Positions 13,491 through 26,320 are shown, counted from the first letter of the stretch. The stretch: DNA of 64,000 nucleotides from Hemiscyllium ocellatum (GCF_020745735.1 NC_083406.1:21946255-22010254), one strand, 5' to 3'. Numbers and translations are program-made. Notes: generated from the letters alone by a model not told the origin.

Positions 13491-13608
13491 AAAATCACAT
13501 GTCCACTTATGCATAAGTGTACAAACATTTGTACATGTAAACATGCAAAAATATAACACCACTTAGGACTGTGTGAGAAAGCGAATGAGCGAATGCGTTT
13601 CTTTTAAG

Positions 13609-13900
13609 GGTAGCACAATGGCTCTGTGCAGCCTCACAACGCCAGGTACCCAGGTTCACTTCCAGCCTCAGGTGTCTGTCTGTGTGGAGTTTACACATTC
13701 TCCCTGTGTCTAGGGCAGGTTCTTCCGGGTGGTCCGGTTTCCACCCACAACCCAAAGATTTGCAGGTTAGGTGGATTGACCATGGGAACTGTAGGCTTAT
13801 AAGGATAGGGTAGGAGGGTTAGTCTGAGTGGGATGCTTTTTGGAGAGTCGGTTGAACTCAATGGGCCAAATGGTCTGCTTCCAAACTGTAGGGATTCTGT
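13609..13900 (+). mobile_element. HE1-type SINE
   Basis: gcctcacaacgccaggtacccaggttcacttcc...gtgtggagttt...actgtagggattct. Confidence 0.85.
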
Positions 13901-14209
13901 GTTGAGAACTTAAAATGATGAAACATAGTAAAAAATAAATCTTTCATAAATAGATCAAGGCTTTCAGTAAATTGTAATGAATTCATATTGGTTAGCAGAT
14001 TTCCAGTGCAGGCAGGAAAAGCAGAAATGTTCCTAAGAAAATTCTAGCCTTGCGTTTGCATTATAGTAGGTCTTTGGCTCGGCAGCAGTACAAATTTGGG
14101 GAGTGAAATCCTGATGTCTAAGGAATAAAGTTGAATACACCCCTCATGAGATGGTGCTTGAACAGATATTTCCCTACAAGCACCAGAAATGAAGGAAAGA
14201 ACCAAACCA

Positions 14210-14460
14210 GTTAATCCTAGATTGACTTACAACAATTGAACCATGCCAATACATTTAAGGAACTTGGGACATCATGCAGCAAAGTCTAAGGAAAGAATTA
14301 GTCAGTCAGTTAGATATCATTCTTAGGGCGAAAGGAATCAAAGGGTATGGGAAATAGTGGAACTAGGTTCCTGAGGCGGATGACCAATAAAACCAAATTG
14401 AATAATGGTGCAGGCTCAAAGGACTATATGGACTACTCCTGCTCCTATTTCCTATGTTTT
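14210..14460 (+). mobile_element. Degraded CR1 3' end
   Basis: ggaatcaaagggtatggg...ggtgcaggctcaaagg...ctactcctgctcctatttcctatg. Confidence 0.6.
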
Positions 14461-15153
14461 AGGTAAATATTCAGTTAAGAAGGGACCACACTAGAGTAAC
14501 TTTGAATCTTTTTCCATTAAAAAGTCTCTGGAAGTACTTTCCACTTCAGTTTATGCGACTAATTCCCATGTTTCCTCATGTCCCCATGTCAATGTATGTC
14601 CCCTAAAACAACCTGTGTTGCTTGTTGTTTCCTCCTATGCCATACACTATTTCCCTAACCCCACTCTCATTGCTCTTTACAGCCTCTATGCAAACTCAGT
14701 GTCAACTCATACTAACTCACGTCTACCACCCACCACCTATTGTCACAATTCACCATAAAACTGCCATAATATCCATGATGAGTAGATTTAGGCACCCATG
14801 CAGATGGTGAATATAGTTCTTCGTGTCTAATAAGGGCTTCATAATTAAAAAAGCACCGTCCTCTACAAACGAGCCTATTTCCTATATTTGAATCCCTTTG
14901 ACCAAATTATGGCTAATAGCAACATATATTTTATTGAAATGCTAAATCTCCTATGGTAACAAGCCTTTTACTTCCTTGTCCCACATCAAAGACTCTATAT
15001 TCACTTTACCTGTCAATAAAATGTGAAATGGAAGGTACTCTACTATGATAATGGAAATTGGAGAAACATTAATGAAGCAGTAAACCAGAAATGTAAGTCT
15101 TTAGGCCTATGTTAACAGACAGAGTAAAACACCTAGCAATATTTTTTGAAGCC

Positions 15154-15290
15154 GTTCTGAAGAAGGGTCATTGGACACAAAACATTAACTCTACTTTCTC
15201 TCCACAGCTGCTGCCAGACCTACTGAAGTTTTCCATTAATTTCTGTTTTTGTTTCTGATTTCCAGCCTCTGTCGACCTTTGATTTTTTTT
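15154..15290 (+). mobile_element. PLE stub (second family) starting at degenerate hammerhead
   Basis: ctgaagaagggtcattggacacaaaacattaac...tctccacagctgctgccagacc; imperfect TSD gcaatattttttgaa / gcaactttttttttgaa. Confidence 0.65.
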
Positions 15291-16725
15291 TAAGCAACTT
15301 TTTTTTTGAACACTCCAAAATTTATTTTTTCCATAATTTAAAGTGTAGTATTTTTAAATGCCTTGCTATCTAGCTCCCATTAATAGCTCTGTCTGATTTT
15401 TCTTCCTTGACACTTTCACGGTCTATCGGTACATGTGACAACAAGTTAAATCAATCATTTTAAACAGTTCCTCTTCTTAGTTCCTTATACATGTGCTTTG
15501 GGCTGTTTCCATGGTTGATTTTTATAGGTCCACTGTTAGTTTTAATGAGCTTGACAGTGATTAATTGAAATACCTTTCATGCACATGTATGCTGACTTTT
15601 AACAATTCCTTCACACCAAAGAGCAGGTTAACTTTCTCAAATTTATCCTGGGATCAGACCCAAGAACTTGCACAAAGCGCAGTCCAACTCTCACCACTCC
15701 TGACTTAAGCTTTCTTGAGGCAATTGGTCAATTAGCCACCTCCATGAATTGTACATGCACAAATCCTGACCTGACCCTGATCTCATCCTCCCAGAACTGG
15801 TAGGGGCCATGAAGGGCAATTGGGAGAAATAATTAAATTCTTTTGCGTTCATCTGCGGCTTTCTATTGTGGCAAAAAATCCATGCCTGAAAGTTCAATTC
15901 AAATGTCTTGCAGAGTAATGTCAAGGTCTCTCAATGAGTCACTTGGGTATATTTCTTCACCAGTTAGTCAAATGCATTCACTATCTTGTTATTCTAAGCA
16001 TAGCTACTGTTTGATAATCTCAATGGAACCTTTTTATTCTGGTATGCTAACCATTTTTATACAAAGTATGTGATGTCAGATGAACTGAGGGAAGGTATTC
16101 TTTTCATTTGCTTCATAATTGTGAAATTCCTCAGATTATACACAGGAACTTGAAATCGCTGTGCAACCTGATTTTTAGATTTCGATCAGTTTTGGAATTG
16201 TTTTGGAAAATGGGCAGCCTTGTGTGTCTTTATTCCAACAAAACATACTGAATAGTAACAAAGCAGGTAAATCAAGCTAATGCTCTGGGAGACAACATTA
16301 AAAATTAGAAATAAAAGCTGGTTATGAAACTATCATAAAAAACCATCCCTACTTGATCTGGTCTGCAGAATATGCCAGATCCACAATAATATGGTTCACT
16401 CTTAATTACCCTCTGAATTTGCTCAGCAAATCATTCAAACAAGGGAATCAATGCTGGCTTTGCTATTGAAGAACAGATGTCATGAAAGAATAAAATTGTG
16501 AAATAAACCTACATTAAATCATGTCAGTGCCAGTGTAATGCACAGAAGTCATCATTACTTTATTGAGTTAGATGACAGCACTTTGATTGTGGGGTGGGTT
16601 TGGGACTGGACAACCAGGCAGCTCAGTTCCCAACCCTCTACTGAAAGAAATGTCAGCAGTGAGCTGCCTGACTGGTTAGATGTCTATCCGACAGCCAGAA
16701 TATTTGTGGGTGGCATAACTGAGCT

Positions 16726-16812
16726 CTGAAGGGCTTTTGCCCAAAACATCCACTCTCCTGCTCTTTGGATGCTGCCTGACCTGCTGTGCTTTTCCAGCAC
16801 CACACTCTCAAT
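16726..16812 (+). mobile_element. PLE 3' stub starting in hammerhead core
   Basis: tgaagggcttttgcccaaaac...ggatgctgcctgacctgctgtgcttttccagcaccacactctc; flanked by ctgagctct / ctgaactct. Confidence 0.8.
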
Positions 16813-17099
16813 CCTGAACTCTTGAGTGGAACCTAGACCCTCAGTACAAGCCAGCATCTCCAGCAAGCCAAGCCCTGTGAGATATCTGTTGTGGATTCTG
16901 TTGGGACTCCTGGCAGGCCCATGCAGGAGATATAGCAGAATCCAAGCAAAAGTAAACCTAGGGGTTTTGAGGTGGTTTGGTTTCATCACTTTTAGGTGGG
17001 ATGATTGGGTGTGGATTTTGTTCTATGCATGGTAGGTTAGAAGGGGGTGGTGCCAACTTCTTGGGAAGGGATAAGGGGCACCCTCAAAAAGGGCACCTA

Positions 17100-19785
17100 T
17101 ACCATAAGACCGTCAGACATAGGAGTGGAAGTAAGGCCATTTGGCCTTTCAAGTCCACTTTACCTTTTAATCATGGCTGATGAGCATTTCAACTCCACTT
17201 ATCCACATTGTCCCATAGTCCTTAATTCCTTGTGAAATCAAGAATTTATCAATCTCTGCCTTGAAGACAATTAATGTCCTGGCCTCCACTGCACTCCATG
17301 GCAACGAATTCCACAGGCCCACCACTCCCTGGCTGAAGAAATATCTCTTCTTTTCTGTTCTAAATTGACCCCCTCTAATTCTAAGGCTGCAGTCACAGGT
17401 CCTAGTATCCCTGCCTATTGGAAACAATTCCCCAGTATCCACCCTTTCTAAGCCATGCATTATCTTGTCAGTTTGTATTAGATCTCCCTCAACCTTCTAA
17501 GCTCTAATGAATACAATCTCAGGATCCTGAGCTATTCATCGTATGTTAGGCCTACCATTCCAAGGATCATCCGTGTGAATCTCCACTAGATACACTCCAG
17601 CGTCAGTATGTCCTTCCTGAGGTGTGGGGCCCAAAACTGGACAAAGTATTCTAAATGGGGCCGCTAACTAGAGCTTTATAAAGTCTCAAAAACACATCGC
17701 TGCTTTTATATCCCAGCCCTCTTGAGATGAATAACAACATTACATTCGCTTACTTAATCACAGACTCAACCTGCAAGTTAACCTTTAGGGAATCCTGGAC
17801 TAGGACTCCCAGATTCCCTTGTACTTTGGTTTTATGAATTTTCTCACTGTTTAGAAAATAGTCCATGCCTGCATTCTTTTTCCAAAGTGCAAGACCTCAC
17901 ATTTGCTCACGTTGAATTTCATCATCTATTTCCTGGACAACTCTCCTAAAGTGTCTAAATCTTTCTGCAGCTTCCCCACCTCCTCAGTACTACCTACCTG
18001 TCTACCTAACTTCTTATCATCAGCAAACTTTACCAGAATGCCCTCAGTCGGGGCGTTAAATGTCTTCAAGGCAGAGATTGATAAATTCTTGATATCACAA
18101 GGAATTAAGGGCTATGGGGAGAATGCTGGTAAGTGGAGTTGAAATGCCCATCAGCCATGATTGAATGGCGGAGTGGACTCGATGGGCCGAATGGCCTTAC
18201 TTCCACTCCTGTGTCTTATGGTCTTATAGTCCCTTTATCCAGATCATTAATATATAAAGTTAACGGCTGCGGCCCCAGTACTGAACCCTGCGGGACACCA
18301 CTAGTCACTAGCTGCCATTCTGAAACAGAACCGTTTTTCACAACTCTCTGCCTTCTGTCAGACAGCCAATCCTCAATCCGTGCCAGTAGTTCACCTCGAA
18401 CACCATGGGCCCTCACCTTACTCAGCAGCCTCCCATGAGACACCTTATCAAAGGCCTTTTGGAAGTCTAGATAGATAACATCCACCGGATTTCCCTTGTC
18501 TAACCTTCTTGGTACTCCTTCAAAGAATTCTAACAGGTTTGTCAGGCACAACCTCCCCTTACTAAATCCATGCTGACTTGTTTTAATCAGACCCTGGACT
18601 TTCAAGAATTTAGAAATCTCATCCTTAACGATGGATTCTAGAATTTTACCAACAACTGAGTTTAGACTAAGCGACCTATAATTTTCCATCTTTTATCTTG
18701 ATCCTTTCTTGAACAAGGGGGTTACAATAGCAATTTTCCAATCATCTGGGACTTTCCCTGACTCCAGTGACTTTTGAAAGATCACAACCAACACACCCGC
18801 TATTTCCTCAGCCACCTCTATCAGAACTCTTTGGTATATCCCTCCGAGCCAGGAGATTTATCAATTTTTAGACCTTTTAGCTTTTCTAGCACTTTCTCTT
18901 TTGTAATGGCCACCATACTCAACTCTGCCCCTTGACTCTCCTTAATTGTTGGACTATTACTCATGTCTTCCACTGTGAAGACTGACACAAAGTACTTATT
19001 ATGTTCTTCAGCTACTTTCTTATCTCCCAGCACTAGCCTTCCGACATCAATTTGGAACGGCCCAATTTTACTTTTGCCTCTCATTTGTTTCTTATGTAAC
19101 AAAAGAAACTTTTACTATCATTTCTAATACTACTGACTAGTTTATCTTCATAATTGATCCTCTCCTTCCTTATTTCTCTCTTTGTTATCCTCTCTTTGTT
19201 TTTGTAGATTTCCCAATCTTCAGATTTCCCAGTGGTCTTGGTCACTTTATAGGCTCTCTCTTTTTCTTTGATCCATTTCCTGACTTCCTTTGTCAGCCAT
19301 GGCTGTCTAATCCCACCCCCTCCCAACCATCGATAATCTTTTTCATTGAGATGAACCTCTATACTATGTCCTCAATTATGCCCAGAAACTCCTGCCATTG
19401 TTGCTCTATTGTCATCCCTGGTAGCCTCTGCTTCCAGTCGACTTTTATCAGTTCCTCTCTCATACCCCTGTAATTATCATGATTTAATTGTAACACCATT
19501 ACATCCGATTTTGCCTTCTCCCTTTCAAACTGCAGACTGAACTCTACCATATTATGATCGCTGCCTTCTAAGTGTTCCCTTACTTTAAGATTTTTTTTAT
19601 AAAGTCTGGCTCATTATATAGCACCAAGTCCAGAAGAACCTGCTCTCTTGTGGGCTCCATCACCAGCTGATCCAAAAAGCCATCCTGTAAGCATTCCCTT
19701 TCTTTGGATCCACTGGCAACATTAGTCATCCAATCCAACTGCATATTGAAGTCACCATGACCATGCCTTTCTGATATGCCCTAAC
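17100..19785 (-). mobile_element. CR1 LINE, long decayed ORF2 (endonuclease end, RT, 3' UTR)
   Basis: QPWLTKEV, DKSPG, NYRSLSLNSVVGKILE, QHGFSKGRLCLTNL, YLDFQKAFDKV, SGVPQGSVLGP. Confidence 0.93.
18050..18228 (+). mobile_element. CR1 3' end inserted antisense into same-subfamily CR1
   Basis: Reverse complement of ~17100-17285; flanked by agtc/agtc; tail tcttatggtcttat. Confidence 0.85.
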
Positions 19786-20245
19786 ACACCATGTGCTGGT
19801 ACATCTATACACATCCATTCCTGCCCAGTTTAAGACACAATGGTCCTACTGTTCCTGCAGGCATGGACTCACCAATCACATTGTCGATCTGATTCTTAAT
19901 TTCAGCTTGGGCCCAACTTGCTCATCTAATTTCCCTGCAACAGATCCAGTTACGATTCCTTTTTAGTTGGATTGAGTACATATTGATCAAAAAATTTCTC
20001 TTGTACACATGGCAAAAGTTGCTGTACTTCTTTGGCCTTGATTCTAATATTATCCCAATGTTATCATGTGATATCTCAGCTTACCAAAAAAAAATGATTG
20101 CTGCAGTTATATTGCAGCTTGCGACTAGCAATCATGTATCTTTGATTTTTACTCACTGTTACTGGAAAGGAAACATTTTTATCATGCATTCATCAATGTT
20201 GAAAATACTTTCAGTATAATTGGAGAAAACAAGCTGTTTTGTTGA

Positions 20246-20259
20246 GTTTCCATGGTAAC
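20246..20259. promoter_or_regulatory. RFX X-box consensus match
   Basis: GTTTCCATGGTAAC fits GTTNCCATGGNAAC, in non-repeat DNA; motif match only. Confidence 0.4.
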
Positions 20260-20559
20260 ATTCACCATTATAAAATTTACTTCAAAAATAAAATTTGTAT
20301 TTTAGTGAGTTGATGCATTGACTGAGTGAATCATAATGATTATCTGCAGGTGAAAATGGAACTGGAAAAGTAAGGTCTATTTTGGATTAGGCAATCAATC
20401 TTCTTATTCTGGTGGCTTAGCTTTTTTTCCCATTCTACAGATGAAGTGACAGAGACCGCAGAGGTGGTATTGCTAAATCACGTGCTACCTCGCTAATAAA
20501 GTATGTGTTAATGAGCATGAAAAACAACTTTACATTGTGTGCATCCCATGGTAGTTAAG

Positions 20560-20881
20560 GTTAGATTGGATTAGATTCCCTACTGTGTGGAAACTGGCCC
20601 TTCGGCCCAACAAGTCCACACTGACCCTTTAAAGAGTAACCCACCCAGACCCATTTCTCTCTGACTAATGTACCTAACACTATGGGCAATTTAGCATGGC
20701 CAATTCACCTGACCTGCACATCTTTGGACTTTGGGAGGAAACCGGAGCATCTGGAAGAAACACACGCAGACATGGGGAGAATGTGCAAACCCCACATAGA
20801 CAGTTGCCCAAGGCCAAGATTGAACCTGGGTCCCTAGTGCTGTGAGGCAGCAATGCTAACCGCTGAGTCACCATGCTGCCC
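20560..20881 (-). mobile_element. Full-length HE1-type SINE
   Basis: Minus strand: gcatggtgactcagcggttagcattgctgcctcacagcac, B-box-like ggttcaatc, tail (tctaa)n. Confidence 0.9.
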
Positions 20882-21212
20882 TGGTATATCAGAAATGCAC
20901 TCATTTTCTTTTTATTTTTTATAATATGTTTATGATTTCAACATGGGAATACTAATTTTCCCAATCCACCAGCAGCAGGAAAGCTGTGCTGCTTCCATTA
21001 GACATGGTAGTCCAATGTTACGTCACTGGCCTTGTGCATTATAAAGGTCTGAACTAATTATCTAACAGCAGATTTCAAATCCCACCCTTTGCAGTCAATG
21101 AATTTTTATACTGTAATTAAAGGATGAATTCACCCAGCAGTTTGAGTGTTTAGAGTCTTTGTTCATCGTCTTTCCTGGTGTCTCCTCATGTTAGATGCTA
21201 AATAAAATCTTA

Positions 21213-21973
21213 ACTCTGGATGTAGTTCTGCTCGCTGAGCTGGAAGGTTCATTTCCAGAGGTTTCGTCATCTTACTAGGTAACATCTTCAGTGGGCCTCA
21301 GGCGAAGCACTGCTGAAAATTCCTGCTTTCTATTTATATGTTGGGGTTTCTTTGGGTTGGTGATGTCATTTCCTGTGGTGAAGTCACTTCCTGTTCTTTT
21401 TCTCAGAGGGTGGTAGATGGGGTCTAACTCGATGTGTTTGTTGATAGAGTTCCAGAGGCAGAGCATTTATGTATTTAGTCAATTCAAGATTGATCTCAAA
21501 CTGTTAATACACTCTTCATATATTAATTTGAGGCCATGCTTCTAGGAATTCTCTTGTGTGTCTTTGAATCGCTTGTCTTAGGATGGATGAGTTGTCCTAT
21601 TTGAAGTGGTATCCTTACTCATGCGCATGTGAGGATACTAGTGAGAGAGGGTCATGTCTTATTGTGGCTAGTTGGTTTCATGTATCCTGGATGCAAACAC
21701 TTTGAGTTAGACCCCATCTACCACTGCCTGAGAAAAGGAACAGGAAGTGACTTCACCACAGGAAATGACATCACCACAGAAAATGACATCACTAACCAAA
21801 GAAACCCAAACATATAAATAGAAACCAAGATTTTTCAGCAGTGCTTCGCCTGAGGCCCACTGAAGATGCTACCTAATAGGGTGACGAAACATCTGGAAAT
21901 AAACCTTCCAGCTCAGTGAGCAAACCTACATCCAGAACCTCAACCTGAGCTACAAATCTTCTCAAAACTCACT
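21213..21973. mobile_element. PLE (third family) with inverted termini, each carrying a hammerhead
   Basis: ~21217-21450 is the reverse complement of ~21690-21935; cores at 21261-21291 (-) and 21860-21890 (+, CTGAAGA tgctacc taatag ggtgac GAAAC); TSD taaaatctt. Confidence 0.85.
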
Positions 21974-22285
21974 AAAATCTTGATTGCAGAGATTACTTAC
22001 GAAGCTCATATTGGAGAGGTGGGTAACAGGGTAGCTCCTTAGAATTGTTGAACAGGGAGCTGTCTGGTAGTGGCAGTTACCTGTCATTAATCAGCTGAAA
22101 ATAGCTGGCTCAATTGGTAATAATTGCTATTGCAGGAAGCTGAACTAGCTAGTGACTCATCAGTGATTATGTAAGAGACAGTCTTCCCCTATCATTGATG
22201 GCAAAGAGGTCATACGCAGAAGATCTGTATTAACAATTTAATTTAAAACAATAATTTGTGTGTCAATGGACTGAATGATACTTTG

Positions 22286-22446
22286 GAGCAGGAAAATTGA
22301 CATTTCAGGCAAAAGCCCTTCATCAGGAAAGAGCTTATGCCCGGTACGTCGATTCTCCTGCTCCTCGGATGCTGCCTGACCTGCTGTGCTTTTCCAGCAC
22401 CACACTCTCGACTCTAATCTCCAGCATCTGCAGTCCTCACTTTCGC
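22286..22446. mobile_element. Short PLE fold-back with apex in hammerhead
   Basis: ...aagcccttcatcagga|aagagcttatgccc...; 15-bp TSD ctgaatgatactttg at 22271 and 22447. Confidence 0.88.
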
Positions 22447-22997
22447 CTGAATGATACTTTGAATAATTGATAATTGTATTGTGAAGAATTAATTCACCAA
22501 TACAACTATAAGAACAGATTGATGATGTTCTTTATATTTTGAGGATATTAACGACCCTTCCACCTCTTACTTGTTGAACATTCCTCAAATAGGTTGTATT
22601 TATTTTTCGATGAAAAATAATTTTGACTTAATTAAACAAGTGAGGAACTAAATTATGCTCTTTTTAATTTTGCTTAGTTGTTCAACAGTTTCTGTGAGAA
22701 AGGTACAAGGCTAGGTTAAAAATACTGTTTCTGGTTGAGTTGTTTTATAACTCAACCTAACGTAATTTTAGGCTAATGCTCAAAGATAGCTATGTTTTAA
22801 AATGATTTGGAGATAACACACTGGGACGTCCCATCGTGTCGGGCAATGGGACCCTATGTGAGAATCTCTCCGGCTATGTGGAAGGCATCTTGAAATCTAT
22901 TGTACAGGGGATCTCCAGCTTCTGCCGCGACACTACGGATTTCTGACAGAAAATCAGCACCCACGGACCAGTCGAACCTGGAACATTTCTCGTCACA

Positions 22998-24290
22998 ATG
23001 GACGTTTCCGCACGCTACACCAGCATCCCCCACAAGGATGGCAGCGCGGCAACAGCCTCAGTACTCAACACCAACAACTGCCAATCTCCAAACACCATCC
23101 TACAACTCATCCGCTTTATCCTTGATCATAACGTCTTCACCTTTGACAACCAATTCTTCATCCAGACACACGGAACAGCCATGGGGACCAAATTTGCACC
23201 CCAATATGCCAACATTTTTATGCACAGGTTCGAACAAGATTTCTTCTCTATGCAGGACCTCCAACCAACATTGTACACCAGGTACATTGATGACATTTTC
23301 TTCCTCAGGACCCATGGCGAGGAGTCACTGATAAAACTACACAGTGACATCAACAAGTTTCATCCCACCATCAAACTCACCATGGACTACTCTCGGCTGT
23401 CTGTCTCATTCTTGGACACGTGCGTCTCCATCAAGGATGGACACCTCAGCACCACACTCTACCGCAAACCCACAGACAACCTCACAATGCCACACTTCTC
23501 CAACTTCCACCCAAAACATATTAAAACAGCCATTCCCAATGAACAAGCCCTACGCATACACCAGATCTGCTCAGATGAGGAGGAACGTGACGGACACCTG
23601 GAAGTACTCAAGGATGCCCTCACAAGAACGGGGTACGATGCTCAACTCATCGACCGCCAATTCCAACGTGCCACAGCAAGGAACCGTAATGACCTCCTTG
23701 GGAGACAGACACGTGCTGCAACTGACAGGGTAACCTTCGTTGTTCAGTACTTCCCAGGGGCTGAAACTTACGCCATGTTCTTCGTGACCTGTAATACATT
23801 ATTAATGAGGATGAGCACCTCACCAAGACCTTCCCAACACTTCCACTACTTGCCTTTAAACAACTACCAAACCTCAAACAGATCATTGTTGGTAGCAAAC
23901 TGCCTGGCTCTCAGGACAACTCCATACAACCCAGTCATGGTGGACGCTGCAAGGCGTGTCAGATTGTGGACATAGATACCACTATTACGGGTGGGAACAC
24001 CTCCCACCTTGTACATGGCAGGTACTCATGTGACTCAGCCAACATTGTCTATCTTATATGTTGTAGGCAAGGATGCCCGGAGGCATGGTACATTGGGGAA
24101 ACCGAGCAAAGGCTACGACAACGGATGAATGTCACCGCACAACAATCAACAGACAGGAGGATTCCCTCCCAGTTGGGGAACACTTCAGTGGTCCAGGACA
24201 TTCAGCCTCAGACCTTCGGGTGACCATCCTCCAAGGTGGACTTCGGGACAGGTAGCAGAGGAAAGTGGCCGAGCAGAGGCTGATAGCTAA
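22998..24290 (+). pseudogene. Penelope RT/GIY-YIG polyprotein remnant
   Basis: 325-aa ORF with RT motifs; frameshifts near 23765 and 24130 separate the endonuclease part. Confidence 0.88.
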
Positions 24291-24359
24291 GTTCAGTACC
24301 CATAGGGAGGGCCTCAACCGGGACCTTGGGTTCATGTCACATTACAGGTGATCACCATT

Positions 24360-24585
24360 GCACTGCACACACACACTCTCACATACACATGGACACAGGT
24401 ACGCACAGACACCCACACACACCCTTATAGACACACACACTCCCACACTCACACATGCACCCCCTCACAGATTTAAGACACTCTGCACTTACTATACACA
24501 CACACACACACACTTTCTCACACTCACAACTCCCAACCCAGACAGACACACACACACACACAGACAAAGACCCACATGCACACAT
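24360..24585 (+). repeat. Imperfect (CA)n-rich tract inside PLE 3' region
   Basis: Multiple cacacaca runs. Confidence 0.9.
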
Positions 24586-24990
24586 ATATTTTGTGTGTTG
24601 AATTTGTACTTGCAGAGTTACATTGCACTTTGCTCAAAACTGCATCCATTCATGTAGAACTCTGAGCTCAAAAACTGCATGGATTTATGTAAAACACTGT
24701 TATCTCATTTTTTAGATTAGAATCAATCTAAACATCAGGTCATAGACAGAGAACACAGGGGGCTAACACCTTCAACATATTGTCTAGCTATCACCATTGT
24801 TAACAGCTAACCTGAGACTGCAACTTTTTAAAAAAGGTTTTGTGATTTACACATGAAAGAAGTGAAACTATCACTGTATTCTAACAGATGGAAGGCTTAA
24901 CAGACAATCAATTTTTCAATGTATAATTTCAGTTACATCACACTGCAAATTTTTGCTATAAATTCTGTGTTACAATCGAGCCCTCGACAA

Positions 24991-25028
24991 TCATCTGATG
25001 AAGGAACGTTGCTCCGAAAGCTAGTGTG
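24991..25028 (+). ncRNA. Minimal hammerhead ribozyme motif
   Basis: cat CTGATGA a GGA acgttgc TCC GAAAG CTA gtg: core, stem II, palindromic AGCT stem III, CUA triplet. Confidence 0.7.
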
Positions 25029-25559
25029 CTTCCAATTAAACCTGTTGGACTATAACCTGGTGTTGTGTGATTTTTAACAATGTTTTAAAATGTTTAGTTT
25101 TGTAACCAAGTATGTAAGATGCCAATGAGTATAAACTTATATGTATATATCTAAATATATAACTTTGGAATTAGGTTCTGGACTGAGTTTTGCAATCTTT
25201 GATCTTCATTGATGCATCATTTGAGATGATAGTTAATCACAAGGAAGTGACACTAAATATTCTAGACAGATGCATTAGTTGTTCAGTATTGTCACCTTAT
25301 CTTGGTAATGATTTATGGATTCTTAACTTTATTGAGAAAACCTGTTAAAAAAAACATGCTTTTCTAAAATTATTGGAGTGTTAAAGAATGAAGGAAGTGG
25401 CAGAAAAGATCAGGATACCAAATTAACTATTATTTCTTAAAAAAAGTCATAAATGAGGCAGAGCATTTATGTATTTAGTCAAGATTGATCACAAACTGTT
25501 AATACACTCTTCATATATTAATAAGCCAATTAGAGATCAGGACCATTCTGAGTTATTGC

Positions 25560-26320
25560 CAATGAGGGAGAAATAAGGGGAGACTGCAGGTAAATGGAGT
25601 TGAAATGCCCATCAGCCATGATGGAATGGCGGAGTGGACTCGTTGGCCGATTGGCCTTATTTCCACTCCTATGTCTTATGGTCTTATGGTCTGATGGAAT
25701 TATGTGTTCTGAGATCTTGGGTTTAAAAAGAAAGCTGTAAAGCTTAAACTTCTTTGTCATTGAGGATGGGTACCTATATTGCATTCAATTCCAGTTGCCA
25801 AATTACAGGAAGGATGTGGAGGCTTTGCAGAGGTTGCAGAAGAGGTTTACCAGGATGCTGCCTGGATTTGAAGATATGAGCTTTCAGGAGAGGCTAGAAA
25901 AAACTTGGGCTGTTTTCTCTGGAGAGGTGGAGACATAGAGGAGACTTGATAGAAGTCTATCAAATAATCAGATACCTAGAGAGGGTTGACGGTCAGAATT
26001 TTTTTTTCGCAGAGTTGAAATTTCTAACACGGGGGGCACGAGAGGGAATAAGTCAACAGAAATGTGAGGGGTAGGTTTTCTACTCAGAGCATGATAGGAA
26101 TGTGGAACATACAGCCAGAGTGGTGGTGGAGACAGAAATATTACAAGCACACTTAAGACACTTTTAGATTAGCACATGGGCATGTAAGGAATGGAAGGTT
26201 GTAGACAAAGGACAGACGGAAAGGATGAGTTTAATTTGGTATCATGTTTGGCGCAACATTGTGAGCTGAAGGGCCCATTACTGTGCTGTACAATTCTTTG
26301 TTCAGTATTCTACCTATGAA
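25560..26320 (+). mobile_element. Two adjacent CR1 3' fragments (25560-25692 and ~25775-26320)
   Basis: Tail tcttatggtcttatgg; then gaagaggtttaccaggatgctgcctgg and 3' UTR. Confidence 0.8.

Larger units (their letters stand above)
22805..25079 (+). mobile_element. Penelope-like retroelement (fourth family), 5'-truncated RT + GIY-YIG, long 3' region with hammerhead
   Basis: MDVSARYTSIPH, GTAMGTKFAPQYANIFM, TRYIDDIF, SFLD; NIVYLICCRQGCPEAWYIGETEQRLRQRMN; TSD atgttttaaaatg at 22792-22804 and 25080-25092. Confidence 0.95.

Noticed and set aside
20350-20369. GENGTGK as an ABCE1 or other ATPase exon
   Set aside because: No flanking ATPase sequence, and the adjacent exon-like segment gives an immediate stop.
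20441-20500. In-frame TGA as selenocysteine
   Set aside because: No selenoprotein similarity and no SECIS element seen.
20810-20881. SINE heads (also 8729, 13609, 32105) as tRNA genes
   Set aside because: A/B-box-like heads continue into SINE body and LINE-derived tail; no full cloverleaf.
24358-24657. His/Thr-rich and Cys/Val-rich ORFs
   Set aside because: Translations of a CA microsatellite.
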